A stretch of DNA of 52,424 bases, from contig NC_068987.1 in the NCBI RefSeq assembly GCF_001194135.2, positions 1,792,301 through 1,844,724 of the forward strand, read 5' to 3'. The first letter of the stretch is position 1. Each line of letters starts with the position of its first letter. The notes under the pieces were generated by a model that was given only the letters and a program-made list of their open reading frames with translations, ran no database searches and was not told where the DNA came from. Positions 1 to 10,773 of this stretch are shown here, one piece after another. This DNA comes from Octopus bimaculoides (lineage: Eukaryota). The translations under genes and the position numbers were made by a program.

Positions 1-1059
1 TATATATATATATATGCACGGTGCGTACGTGTGTATGTTTGGTTGTCCAATCATATCTCTTCACATGTTTTGAATTCACTGTTTATACTCTGTCAGTGTT
101 TTTGCCACTGATGACATTTCGGAATTGATGTGTGTCCGTCTGTCTGTCTTTATGCATGCATGTATGTGGATGTATGTGTGTATGTGTCTCTTTGTTTGTT
201 TGTATTCGTATATGTCTGTATTTATTATATAAATAGATGTATATATATAGTTATCAGTGCTTCTACATATAAATTTTGTCACTTGTATAATTTATAGGCG
301 TATAAGTGTGGATAGATGGCGGGGAGGAGTGTGTTATTGTTAGCAGTGAGAGCGTGAAACGGTAGAACCAAAAGATGAATGAGTAACAATAGAGAGACGA
401 GGGTTTCAAATTTTAGTACCGGCAGGAATTCGTCTCTATTATAACATCGTAATGTAGCATTGTATGATATTGAAATTCTTAACACGGTTTACGTGGCTGT
501 AGAATACGTTCAACTCTGTCGATACGATAACCATCACGCTTGATATTCAACATTATTGCCCCAGGGGGCAACACTAGATACCACATTGAAGCATGGTACA
601 ATATAATGGGGTATATCAAACTATAGACAGTGTACTCTGTACTCGGAGTATGTACTCGGAGAAATACAGTTAATTATCAATAGTCCACTTGGCTGTAAAT
701 ATTTGTGTCAATGACCAAGGAACATAACTGTCAACGGCTCAGTCTATGTAACGGTAGAAAGGTACCACACTTTATTACTATCAATACCGACTCTATAGCC
801 GAGTCTAAAGCACCAAATTGGTCAAGCCCTAGTCGTTTAATATAAGCTTGACTTTTGATTGTGAGGTCCTCATTTCGATCTCACGACTTGGTATTTTAGG
901 CGAAGTTTCTTTTAATATAATCTCAGGTCAATCAAATTTGGGGAAGGGGAATTGTCTTGGCGGAAACTGGTGGGAAGCCTGACGGATGATTTCCAGTCGC
1001 GATTTTGTTACAAATTCTGTTTTACATAAACTCTATCTGAGAATCATTTTAAAGAATAC

Positions 1060-1276
1060 ACAAACACACACACACATACACACACACACCAAACATACAC
1101 ACACGGACGCGTGCGCGCGGGCACACACACGCTAACACACACGCATACTCATGCACGCACGATTATACACACATACATGCATGCACACGCATACACACGT
1201 ATACACAGTTGCATATACATATGCACGCACGCACACACACACACACACCACACATACACACACGTACACGTGCGCG

Positions 1277-1319
<43 letters not shown>

Positions 1320-1360
1320 TAACACACACACATTTTCATACACGTGCGAGTACACACACA
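1060..1360. repeat. Interrupted (CA)n/(CG) alternating purine-pyrimidine tract
   Basis: Direct reading; source of the His/Thr and Cys/Val ORFs. Confidence 0.95.
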
Positions 1361-1859
1361 TTACGATGCAACGTCTTCTGCGCTTAGCTAACACCAGACA
1401 TGTTGCATTTGGAACTTAGTAACAGCTGAAAGTGGGTATGAATGTTGCTGCTGATACGAGTCCCGTGGCCGTTGGAGCTTTTATTCTTATCCGCCTTCAC
1501 AGAGTTAACTTCACTACGAAGTACTCAGGTTTCGAACTCGTATCCGATCCTTCAAAGACGTCTTTTTGGATGCATATCAATATAAACCAATCAAATCAAT
1601 TCCAGACGTAGGTCAGCATTGGTGTTATTCTATTGGTCACCGACATACGAAAGTTTGACACAATATTAATCTCTATGCATTCATTCAAAAAGTTGAGAAA
1701 CAGAACAACGAACATTTACGCGATTTAAGTTTGAAATATATTTGCAAGGGGAATAACTCTATTCTTCTAATTCAGAGTTGTCTTTCTTGAATATATTTTT
1801 CGGGTTTTAAACTTTAAATTTCACTTACACCGTTGAGGAAAATAGCTGCACAATTAAAT

Positions 1860-1873
1860 AAATAAATAAATAA

Positions 1874-1907
<34 letters not shown>

Positions 1908-1931
1908 TGACAGACAGACAAGCAGACAGAC

Positions 1932-1977
<46 letters not shown>

Positions 1978-2032
1978 TAGACAGACAGATAGGCAGACAC
2001 CAGATAGATAGATAGATAGATATATAGATAGA
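1860..2032. repeat. (GACA)n/(GATA)n tetranucleotide array; a similar array lies at 9240-9350
   Basis: Direct reading. Confidence 0.95.
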
Positions 2033-2420
2033 TCTGTGGTGAGACGTGTAAGGGGATGGAGCCCTCCAGGTCTGAAAATATCTCAGACTCCCTGTTTATA
2101 ACAAACATTGCTTTTAAGTCATTAAAAAGATGAGGGAACAAAGTGATATATTTACGTTCTTGTGCATATATGTGTATATGTGCGTACCTATCTGTGTGTG
2201 TGTGTGTGTGCCAGTATGTTTGAATAGTTGTATTCGTATCAGCTGCCTCTTTCTCTGTGCGTTTCTGTGCGTGTGTGTGTATGTGTAAATATATATATGT
2301 ATGTGTGTGTCTATTATGTATGTGTATGCTCGTGTCTATCAGTGGCCGTGTTAACATGGAACTCTTTCCCATCCTGGAGTGTTAGGTCTCCCTTCACAAT
2401 TCACTTTTGATCGTCAACAG

Positions 2421-2537
2421 ATCCGTGGAATTGTGAGGACGACCACGAAGAATGTCGAGAAATCATGCGACGTGGCCGTTGTACGAAGGAGGGGGGAAAA
2501 TACTACCTCCATTGTCAACGATCGTGTGGACTTTGCG
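2421..2537 (+). CDS. Coding exon (phase 1-1) encoding a complete ShKT (ShK toxin-like) six-cysteine domain: PWNCEDDHEECREIMRRGRCTKEGGKYYLHCQRSCGLC
   Basis: Acceptor cttttgatcgtcaacAG at 2419-2420, donor G|GTAAGG at 2538. Length 117 nt, open frame. Cys spacing C-x6-C-x8-C-x10-C-x3-C-x2-C with C-x-D start and C-x-R-S-C-x-x-C end is the ShKT signature. This frame is absent from the ORF track. Confidence 0.9.
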
Positions 2538-2849
2538 GTAAGGAAACCTCATCCAATAATTCTTCATTGTGACCCGTTTTTTTTTTATAGGTGGCGGAGT
2601 GGTGCTGGTGGGGAATGCTAGCAATGGTGGACGGACATACAGACTCAGCCGTGGTCACCATCATTCTTACAGACATTCATATACACATACATACGTACAC
2701 ACACACACACACACACATATACATACACATAAACATACACACGCACATGCATATATACATACATACATTCACACACATATACACACATACATACATACAT
2801 ACATACATATATACACACATATATATATGTATGTATGTATGTATATGTG

Positions 2850-2886
<37 letters not shown>

Positions 2887-4975
2887 GCATGTATGTATGT
2901 ATAAGAACGCTGGGTTTGTTTTAGTAAGATCATAGCAGACTGACTCGTCCACCAAATCCATCACTGAACATTGAGCATTTGTAAAACATTCCAGTGATTC
3001 TCCATTTGAGGTTCCTGCTTTGAACAGATACACAGAATCGCATACGTGCATGTAGCACACTTACACACGCACATATTTGTGTATGATATGTGTTTGGGAA
3101 ATATGCATGATACACACAAACACACACGGACACATTCCCGTTCCTTATAATACCTTCACGAATATTCACACACTTAATCACGCAAACGAAATTATGCGCA
3201 CATACCCCTAACCGATCAATAAACAGAGACGCATCTACACATACACATTCATAGACACACGTACAAATATATACAAATGCAAGCGCTTACAACACACGCA
3301 CGCACACACACACACAGAGGCACTGCATGCACACACGATGATTTGCAAGTAGAGAATCTACTATGAAAAAGCATTGATGGACTCGAGCCTTCGACTCGAC
3401 TTTTACCTCTGTCACTTCTGATAATGCAATTTGCTATCGATTAGCCGCTTCGATCTCTATTCCGACCTATAATAAGGCTATTGTTTATCAACAATCTGAC
3501 CTAGGGTCAATATTGATAATATTAGATCACGGGGTGAGGGTAATACAGATTCCTTCTGTAGTACAAACTTTTACGAAGACAAAACCAAATGGAACAAAGC
3601 ATCCAAGAATAAATTCGTCGAAGGAAACATACATACAAGCATACATACACACAAGCGTAAGACCAATTCTTCTAAAACAGACTCAAAGCAGACTTAGAAG
3701 AGAATGGGAAATCATTGAAAAGGTCACGAACAGCGATGAAAGAACTTGGACTAACAAACAACCGATTAGTTGTTTAATCAATACATTAAACAAATGCTTG
3801 ATTAGTAAGCTGGTTAGATATTTAACCGATTGAATAATAATAAAGAAGTAATACTGAACCAGTGCATGTATCATTTTTATTGTCGTAATGGCCCTCCCAA
3901 AACTCAGCAAGATTAAGATATTAAGTTAAGACCAAATACTGCTACGATAAAGTACATATATCTAATAATTAAAGACATGTTCCAGTAAATTTGAAACATA
4001 TTTGAACCTGTAAAGGCTTTTCACTTCAGTTTGTCGTGGAGAAAAATAATTCTTGCCTAAGGCAAAAACGCGGCCTCTATTGGACTCAAACAGATTCGAA
4101 CTGGTCTTAATTTAGTTTACGCATCACCGCTTTGTATACTTACTCAGTAGATTAATAATTTAAATTTTCAAAACGAAAAATTATCGAAGTATTAATGTAA
4201 TTATTATTTAATTTTAGAAATTAGCACTCGATATTATATTACTAAATGCACTAAAACGGTATAACAGATGGGAATGTCATGGACGGAATATCTATGATCA
4301 TCGCTTCTACAACTGGCCGAGGGTTAAACACCTCCAACATCAACAGCTACAAACAACTCCCTACAACAACAAAAAAACAACAACTGAAACATCAATAAAA
4401 ACACAAAACATTTTGTCAATATTTCATTTGAGATTTTTACAAAAAAAAAAATATTTTGTAAATATTAATGTTTTTTATCGATTTATTTGTTGAAAATATT
4501 TGTAATTGAATTCATCAACAATTGTTCATTAGTCATTTGAAATTTTTAAAAGTAATTACCAATAATGTTGTTGTTGTTGTTGTTGCTGTTGTGCTGACAA
4601 TGACAGTGTTGCTTTTTTTATTTTCTGTTATCGTTGTTTTTGTTAAAGTTTTTTTTTTTAAGTGCTGGAGACTGCACCGCTATTTGTGACTTTGAAAGCG
4701 CTTTCAAAGTGCTTCCATTATTTCACCATTAATCTCTGTTATCGTAATTCATGAGCTTTATATTGTAGTTGTCGCTATTGTAGTGGCTGTCTTTGTTATA
4801 TTTATCATCCATAGTTTAAGAAATACAACAAAAGTTTCTATTCTTGGACTAATAATTTGGTTCATCTTGAATAACCTCCAGAGCAGTGTTCACCGTTAAC
4901 AAGGATGTTCATCGCCAAAGTGAACATAGATATTCAATATGTGTATAAATGTGTACTCATAAAACTACTACATAC

Positions 4976-5046
4976 GAGTAGGAGTGGCTGTGTGGTAAGA
5001 AGCTCGCTTACCAACCACATGGTTCCGGGTTCAGTCCCACTGCGTA
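4976..5046 (+). mobile_element. tRNA-derived SINE family A, head only (truncated)
   Basis: GGAGTGGCTGTGTGGTAAG (A-box-like) ... GGTTCAGTCCCACTGCG (B-box-like); the same head recurs at 6113, 25717, 33200 and 38490. Confidence 0.8.
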
Positions 5047-5161
5047 TTCATGTTGTAGATGTTCTTGTTGTTGTTCTTATGGAATTTTACTCATATTATT
5101 TTAAGTGCAAATTTCGACTTCTACTTTTATATCTCCCCACCCTGCTCTTACACAAACTCAG

Positions 5162-5447
5162 CCCCTCTCAAAGAAACTAAATGTAAAACCTCCGAAGGTT
5201 GTACGTTCGAATCTGATGGTTTGCATTCAAATGGAATCTTTCCAGGTGTCCGCGAAGAGAGTAAACAACGGTGCGAATTTGCTGACAAATATGTCGGCAA
5301 ATGGATGTTGTATGAAGAAGAATACAATGAACAGGTCGTCATTAACAAAACACACATCAGTTTCTCCAAGCTAGGATCTTTCCGATGTGAAGAATTAAAC
5401 CCATATAAGGAGAAATATAAAGTATCATCAGTGTTTCCTAATGGATG
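5162..5447 (+). CDS. Coding exon (phase 1-2): PLKETKCKTSEGCTFESDGLHSNGIFPGVREESKQRCEFADKYVGKWMLYEEEYNEQVVINKTHISFSKLGSFRCEELNPYKEKYKVSSVFPNG; the alternative in-frame start is 5246
   Basis: Donor TG|GTAAGT at 5448. Acceptor either ...ctcttacacaaactcAG (5160-5161) or atctttccAG (5244-5245). Lies in ORF 5059..5451. The split codon TG+T gives Cys with the next exon. The 3' boundary is firm and the 5' boundary is ambiguous. Confidence 0.85.
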
Positions 5448-5567
5448 GTAAGTAGGGCTCCTGGCTTTCTTTATTCCGTTTTTCCTTCTTTCAGTTATAT
5501 ATTTTTAAATTACGGAGATGTACTTGCATAGCAAGTCACCTGATATGAGATCGTGTGCTGGAACGAA

Positions 5568-5857
5568 AACAATTGCAGCGTGGAAGGTGTTTATTAGCCA
5601 TTTAAGAAACACGCGAAAACAGTTAAATTCACTTCAACATTTAAATTTAATTTGTCAAAATACTTTCGTCACTTTGAGACTGCGACCTGTTCACTGACAA
5701 ATTTCTAAGATGCAGCACGGAATTTCGTCAATGAACAGGTCGCGGTTTCAAAGCGACGAAAATATTTTGACAAATTAAATTTAAATGTTGAAGTGAATCT
5801 AACTGTGTTTGTGTGTTTCTTAAATGGCTTATAAACACCTTCCACGCTGCAATTGTT
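5568..5857. repeat. Long fold-back inverted repeat (MITE/foldback-like), arms of about 134 bp and a loop of about 21 nt
   Basis: 5568-5701 is the reverse complement of 5723-5857 with 11 mismatches by manual alignment. Confidence 0.92.
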
Positions 5858-5921
5858 GCTAAAATTAGTTTTATTTAAAATTCTTTCACTTACAAAGTTT
5901 TCAACCAACATAAAAATTTCT

Positions 5922-5987
<66 letters not shown>

Positions 5988-6112
5988 CAACAGATGAGAT
6001 CCAGAGATGCTCAACGTAGGAAACAGTAGCGTTCAAATGATTTAAACTCAGCGATAATGATGCAACTGAACGAATAAAACCGATCGGGTTTCATTTATAA
6101 AATATACATACA

Positions 6113-6274
6113 TAGGCGCAGCAGTGGTTGTGTGGTAAGTAGCTTGTTTACTAACCACATGGTTACGGGTTCAGTCCCACTGCGTGGCACCTTGGGCAAG
6201 TGTATTTTACTATAGCCTCGGGCCGATCAAAGTTTGTGAGTGGATTTGGTAGAAGGAACTGAAAGAAGCATGTC

Positions 6275-6310
<36 letters not shown>

Positions 6311-6490
6311 CAACCGATGCTGTTGTGTTTACGTCCCCGTAACATAGCGGTTCGGCAAAACGGACCGATAGAATAAGTACTAGGCTTTACAAAGAATAAA
6401 TCCTGGGGTCAATTTGTTCGACTAAAGGTGGTGCTCCAGCATGGTCACAGTCAAATGTCTGAAACAAGCAAAAGAGTTAAAGAGAATATA
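6113..6490 (+). mobile_element. SINE family A, full length with internal (TA)n
   Basis: tRNA-like head, body ...GGAACTGAAAGAAGC, (TA)n, then 3' module CAACCGATGCT...CGATAGAATAAGTACT...CCAGCATGG..CAGTC..TGAAACAAG. Confidence 0.85.
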
Positions 6491-6866
6491 CATGTAAATG
6501 AAGAGAAACCAAAAGACTCTATGTATTACTGATGATGAACATTCATGGATGTATATATAGATATCCGTATAGTAATGGAGCAGATTAGCACAGAGTACAA
6601 AATACGTTTTGTAAAATACATCTGCCAACATTATAGCGTAATTCTGAACTCCCAGAAACAGCTGTTGGAAATGATATATCGTACCTTCTTCCCTTAGCAC
6701 CGTGTATATAGGTGTACACATTCATATGTATATATGTATATATGTGTGTGTGTGTGTGTGTGTGTATACATACATATATGTGTGCGTGTATGTATGTGTA
6801 TTTTATATGCATGTTATTGTTAATGCTATCTCTATTATTTAACTAACAAGATTATGAAACAGCTGT

Positions 6867-6953
<87 letters not shown>

Positions 6954-7056
6954 TATGTACGTGTTTGTATGTACATATGTATGTACGTATGTATGTATGT
7001 ATGTATGTATGTATGTATGTGTGTATGTATGGATAGATAGATAGATAGATAGATAG
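6867..7056. repeat. (TA)n of about 80 bp, then (TATG)n and (GATA)n, immediately upstream of the 7105 exon
   Basis: Direct reading. Confidence 0.95.
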
Positions 7057-7104
7057 AACATCTGCTATCAATTTAATGCATCGTTTCTCTTTTTGTCATT
7101 TCAG

Positions 7105-7169
7105 TTCTCAACGCTATACTTGCATAGAATTCAATCGCAGAAACAATAACCTACTGCAGTATAGAATAG
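7105..7169 (+). CDS. Coding exon (phase 2-1): (C)SQRYTCIEFNRRNNNLLQYRI(G)
   Basis: Acceptor tttctctttttgtcatttcAG, donor G|GTGAGT at 7170. Length 65 nt, continues the frame of the previous exon without stops. Confidence 0.9.
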
Positions 7170-7323
7170 GTGAGTAATGGTTAAACTCTGCGTCACTGTT
7201 GTTACTCCGAGTATCGTTGTTTGTTAAAAAGTATAATACTTCCTCACTTACCTTGAAAAATCTGCTAAGATGTTCGTTTTCTAGTAAAACACTTACTGAG
7301 TTTCATTGCATGAAATATCTCCA

Positions 7324-7355
<32 letters not shown>

Positions 7356-7419
7356 CTCTGTCGTGATTTCTAAGATTCACAAAAATGTGCTAAATTAAGC
7401 GAGAGATGAATGTTGATTT

Positions 7420-7630
7420 AAAATTTTGGTACAAGGCCAACAATTACGGTAGAAAGGGTAAGTCGATTATTACATCGATCCTACCGTCCTCAACTCATTC
7501 TTATTTGCTCGACCTCGAAAGAATGAAAGGCAAGTTCGACCTCGGCAGAATTTGAACTTGGAATTAGTTCCGAAATGCCACTAAGCAGTCTGCTCGGTGT
7601 GCCAGCCGTTCTGCCAACGCACCGCCTTAA
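7420..7630 (-). mobile_element. SINE family B
   Basis: Reverse complement of AAGGCGG..GGCAGAA..GGC..TTCTGAGTTCAAATTCCGCCGAGGTCGA..TCATCCTTTCGGGGTCGA consensus, degenerate. Confidence 0.8.
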
Positions 7631-8487
7631 GCTAAAGATAAATGTTTTCATTTAATAACGTTGTTGCCACCAAAACGATTTATAAACTTTGGAAAGATCG
7701 GGGAATAGTTTTTGAAGGTATGGGTTGGAGTGAATCTCGAAGCACATATAATCTATAAATAAAAAAAAAGTCGAGGAGAAAACGAACCCACATCGCCTAT
7801 AGACAGAGCAGACACTCTACCATTGGATCGAAGCAATCCTTCGAATTTCTATGATTTAGAAACTGTATTCTTACTCGCAAACGCCTGTTGTACCTACAGA
7901 AGATGTGAGTTCGATACCCACGGCTGGCCTTCATTTTTTCCCATCCAAATATTTACATTCTATTATTTCTAGATTTGTGCTTTGAGACTCAGTTCTACAA
8001 AAGAGTTCTTTAATAAATACAGAATTTATATGCGAGCTAATATAAACATCATAAGCAGGCAGTACTGCAATTGGACGGATCCTGTGTTTATCAAATGGTG
8101 CGCGCGCGCGCGTATGTGTGTGCGTGCGTGTGTGTGAAATGAAGCTGTGGCACAAGGGACGATATGAATTTACAAAAAGATGAGAAAAAATATCGGATGC
8201 AGACAAGCTATATCCCTCGTCATTTATTGACCAAATATCATCACGGTCTCGACAACTTCGGACAATTGTGTCCACTTGAACGGTATAAGCAACATAAGCT
8301 GATGAGGTGTAAACTTGTGGACATGAAAGACGAAGAGGGACAAGAATGGAGAAAAATAAGGAGAAATGATGAGGTCCGTCGACCCAATGGTAAATATGTA
8401 CATGTAGGTATTTGTATATATGCATACGTGAGTCTATATTTATAATAATTGATATGCATCGTTCATAGGCGAGTGCGCTTATGTATT

Positions 8488-8706
8488 ACTCTTTTCTACT
8501 CTGGGCACAAGGCCCGAAATCTTTGGGGGAGGGGGCCAGTCGATTAGATCGACTCCAGTACGCAACTGGTACTTAATTTATCGACCCCGAAAGGATGAAA
8601 GGCAAAGTCAACCTCGGCGGAATTTGAACCCAGAACGTAAAGACAGACGAACTACCGCTAACCATTTCGCCCGGCGTGCTAACGTTTCTGCCAAGCTCCT
8701 CGCCGT
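8488..8706 (-). mobile_element. SINE family B
   Basis: Close reverse-complement match to 9351-9520, roughly 90% by eye. Confidence 0.88.
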
Positions 8707-8847
8707 CTTATCTATATGTATTATTGAAAATGCAATGCATTTACAGCGTATTACTCTCAGTTTAAAGTTACATCAGACTTGTACAATATGAAAGGAATAT
8801 TAGCATCTTTAGATTCTGCTCAAGAAATACCATGGAAAATGTTTTTC

Positions 8848-8878
<31 letters not shown>

Positions 8879-9350
8879 ATTTATTTATTTACAGATAGTT
8901 TATGTCATCTAGAATTATTTCAATCAGCAAAAGGAGATCTGGTTTCAAAACACGTGAAAAGATAATATTAAAAAACGGATAATTATCTATTTGAAAATAA
9001 ACAATTCGAGCGTTTTGTATATCAGGTCATACGGAGAAAATGGAAAGTAAGAAAGCAGAAGATTTAGCAAAAGTTGTAGAAATAAATAGGAATAAATAGT
9101 TCTGGATTAGTTTTCAAATCTATTTCCAATAAAACCATCTAGCAAAAACAATTGTAGAAATTGAGTAGAAGAATGATTAGGTAAACTATCAAAATTTATC
9201 TTGTATCATCTGAACAATATCTTTTATTTGATACTGTATATAGATAGATAGACAGACAGACAGTTAGATGGATAGACAGATAGACAGACAGACAGACAGA
9301 CAGGTACATAGACAGACAGGTACATAGACAGACAGACAAATAGATAGATT

Positions 9351-9768
9351 ATGCGGCGAGCTGGCAGAAATGTTAGCACACCGGGCGAACTGCTTAGCAG
9401 TATTTCGTCTGCCACTGCGTTCTGAGTTCAAATTCCGCCGAGGTCGACTTTGCCTTTCATCCTTTCGGGGTCGATAAATTAAGTACCAGTTACGCACTGG
9501 GGTCGATATAATCGACTTAATCCGTTTGTCTGTTCTTGTTTGTCCCCTCTGTGTATAACCCCTTGTGGGCAGTAAAGAAATAGGTATTTCGTCTGCCACT
9601 ATGATCTGAGTTCAAATTCCGCCGAGGTCGATTTTGCCTTTCATCCTTTCGGGGGTCGATTAAATAAGTACCAGTTACGCACTGGGGTCGATATAATCGA
9701 CTTAATCCGTTTGTCTGTCCTTCTTTGTCCCCTCTGTGTGTAGCCCCTTGTGGGCAGTAAAGAAATAA
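9351..9768 (+). mobile_element. SINE family B with head-to-tail duplication of a unit of about 184 bp
   Basis: 9400-9583 is repeated at 9584-9768 (GTATTTCGTCTGCCACT...GTGGGCAGTAAAGAAATA); B-box-like GAGTTCAAATTCC in both units. Confidence 0.9.
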
Positions 9769-10417
9769 GATAGATAGATTATGCGTGTATGTAGAGGTGC
9801 GTGTGGGCGTGGGTAGGGGCGCACTGCACATTTAGCAATCAGATAAAATAATGCAGACGATATTGTTACATAACTTTATTATAGGTTTCGATCGTTTTGA
9901 ATAGCTAGAGTAATTATTTCGTCAGTATAGACATCGGTCTGCGGAAATAGAATTGTTGTCAATCCATACAATAACTAATTCATTAACTTGAAAATTAATG
10001 AAATATATGCCTTCTGCTATTCTGATCAGTTATTCTGAAAGTTATTATGGTAGCTTTTGAGAATTTCCAACAAACATATTCTGTGATGGGTTTCTGCTTG
10101 CAGAATATCGGAGCAATAAGCATTAAATGTTTCCCTATCTGACATAATTCAGTTGATGGACATTATAGATGACTGCCACATTAGATTACCTCTTTTGATT
10201 TCATATAAACTCGCCACTGTCACAGTCCTGACAGGTCAAGAAGTTACCAAATTTTATTGTATGTCTGAATCGAAGAAAGGAAGCTTTTGGAAGAAGAATT
10301 GCCAAGATGTTGGAGTTTAGTACTATAATCCCCAAACGACTGCAATGTAAAGGGTAGTACGAAGATAGGTTAATGCAGAGAAGAGCTTTTAAATTAAGGA
10401 AAAACGTAGAGGTCGTT

Positions 10418-10620
10418 CTAATGTATCTTGTACTTGTTTCAGTCATTAGACTGCGGCCATTTTGGGGCAGCACCGTGAATTTTTAGTTGAATGAATTGGC
10501 TCCAGTATTTACATTTTTAAAGCTTCATACATAGTCTATTTCTCTGTTATACCGAACTGCTAAGTTAGGAGAATGTAAACACACCAACACCGGTTGTCAG
10601 GTGGTGGTGCAGGACAAACA
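10418..10620 (-). mobile_element. SINE family A 3' module
   Basis: TCTTGTACTTGTTTCAGTCATTAGACTGCGGCCAT...CCGAACTGCTAAGTTA..GTAAACACACCAACACCGGTTG is the reverse complement of 6310-6490; it abuts a (CA)/(TA) run. Confidence 0.8.
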
Positions 10621-10633
10621 CAGGTTCCAAAAT

Positions 10634-10713
<80 letters not shown>

Positions 10714-10773
10714 TAACAGAATGAGATAAAAATCCAAGGTTGTGAAAGATTTCAGAACATTTATAAATAAAAG

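Noticed and set aside
1503-1607. Exon-like segment (cacAG ... AC|GTAGGT; VNFTTKYSGFELVSDPSKTSFWMHININQSNQFQ)
   Set aside because: Phase 2-2 is incompatible with the phase 1 ShKT exon and no bridging exon was found. The region has an internal inverted repeat (GATACGAG/CTCGTATC) and a CGAAAC..GTA motif on -, suggesting a retroelement terminus. It cannot be fully excluded.
2930-3045. Minus-strand Cys-containing frame LFKAGTSNGESLECFTNAQCSVMDLVDESVCY
   Set aside because: Weak splice signals, no partner exons, no recognisable motif.
8298-8330. CTGATGA...GAAA as a hammerhead
   Set aside because: Stem II does not pair in register and there is no stem III or NUH triplet. The same applies to CTGATGA at about 14260 and CAGATGA at about 50230.
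7931-8459. Overlapping ORFs on both strands (8164..8445 +, 7931..8425 -)
   Set aside because: No convincing acceptor/donor pair in phase 1-1, and the gene reads continuously from 7169 to 14903 without it.
10226-10258. Possible 33-nt phase 1-1 cassette exon (VLTGQEVTKFY)
   Set aside because: Splice sites are only moderate and it would interrupt LQYRIG|KF. It needs RNA-seq to be taken seriously.
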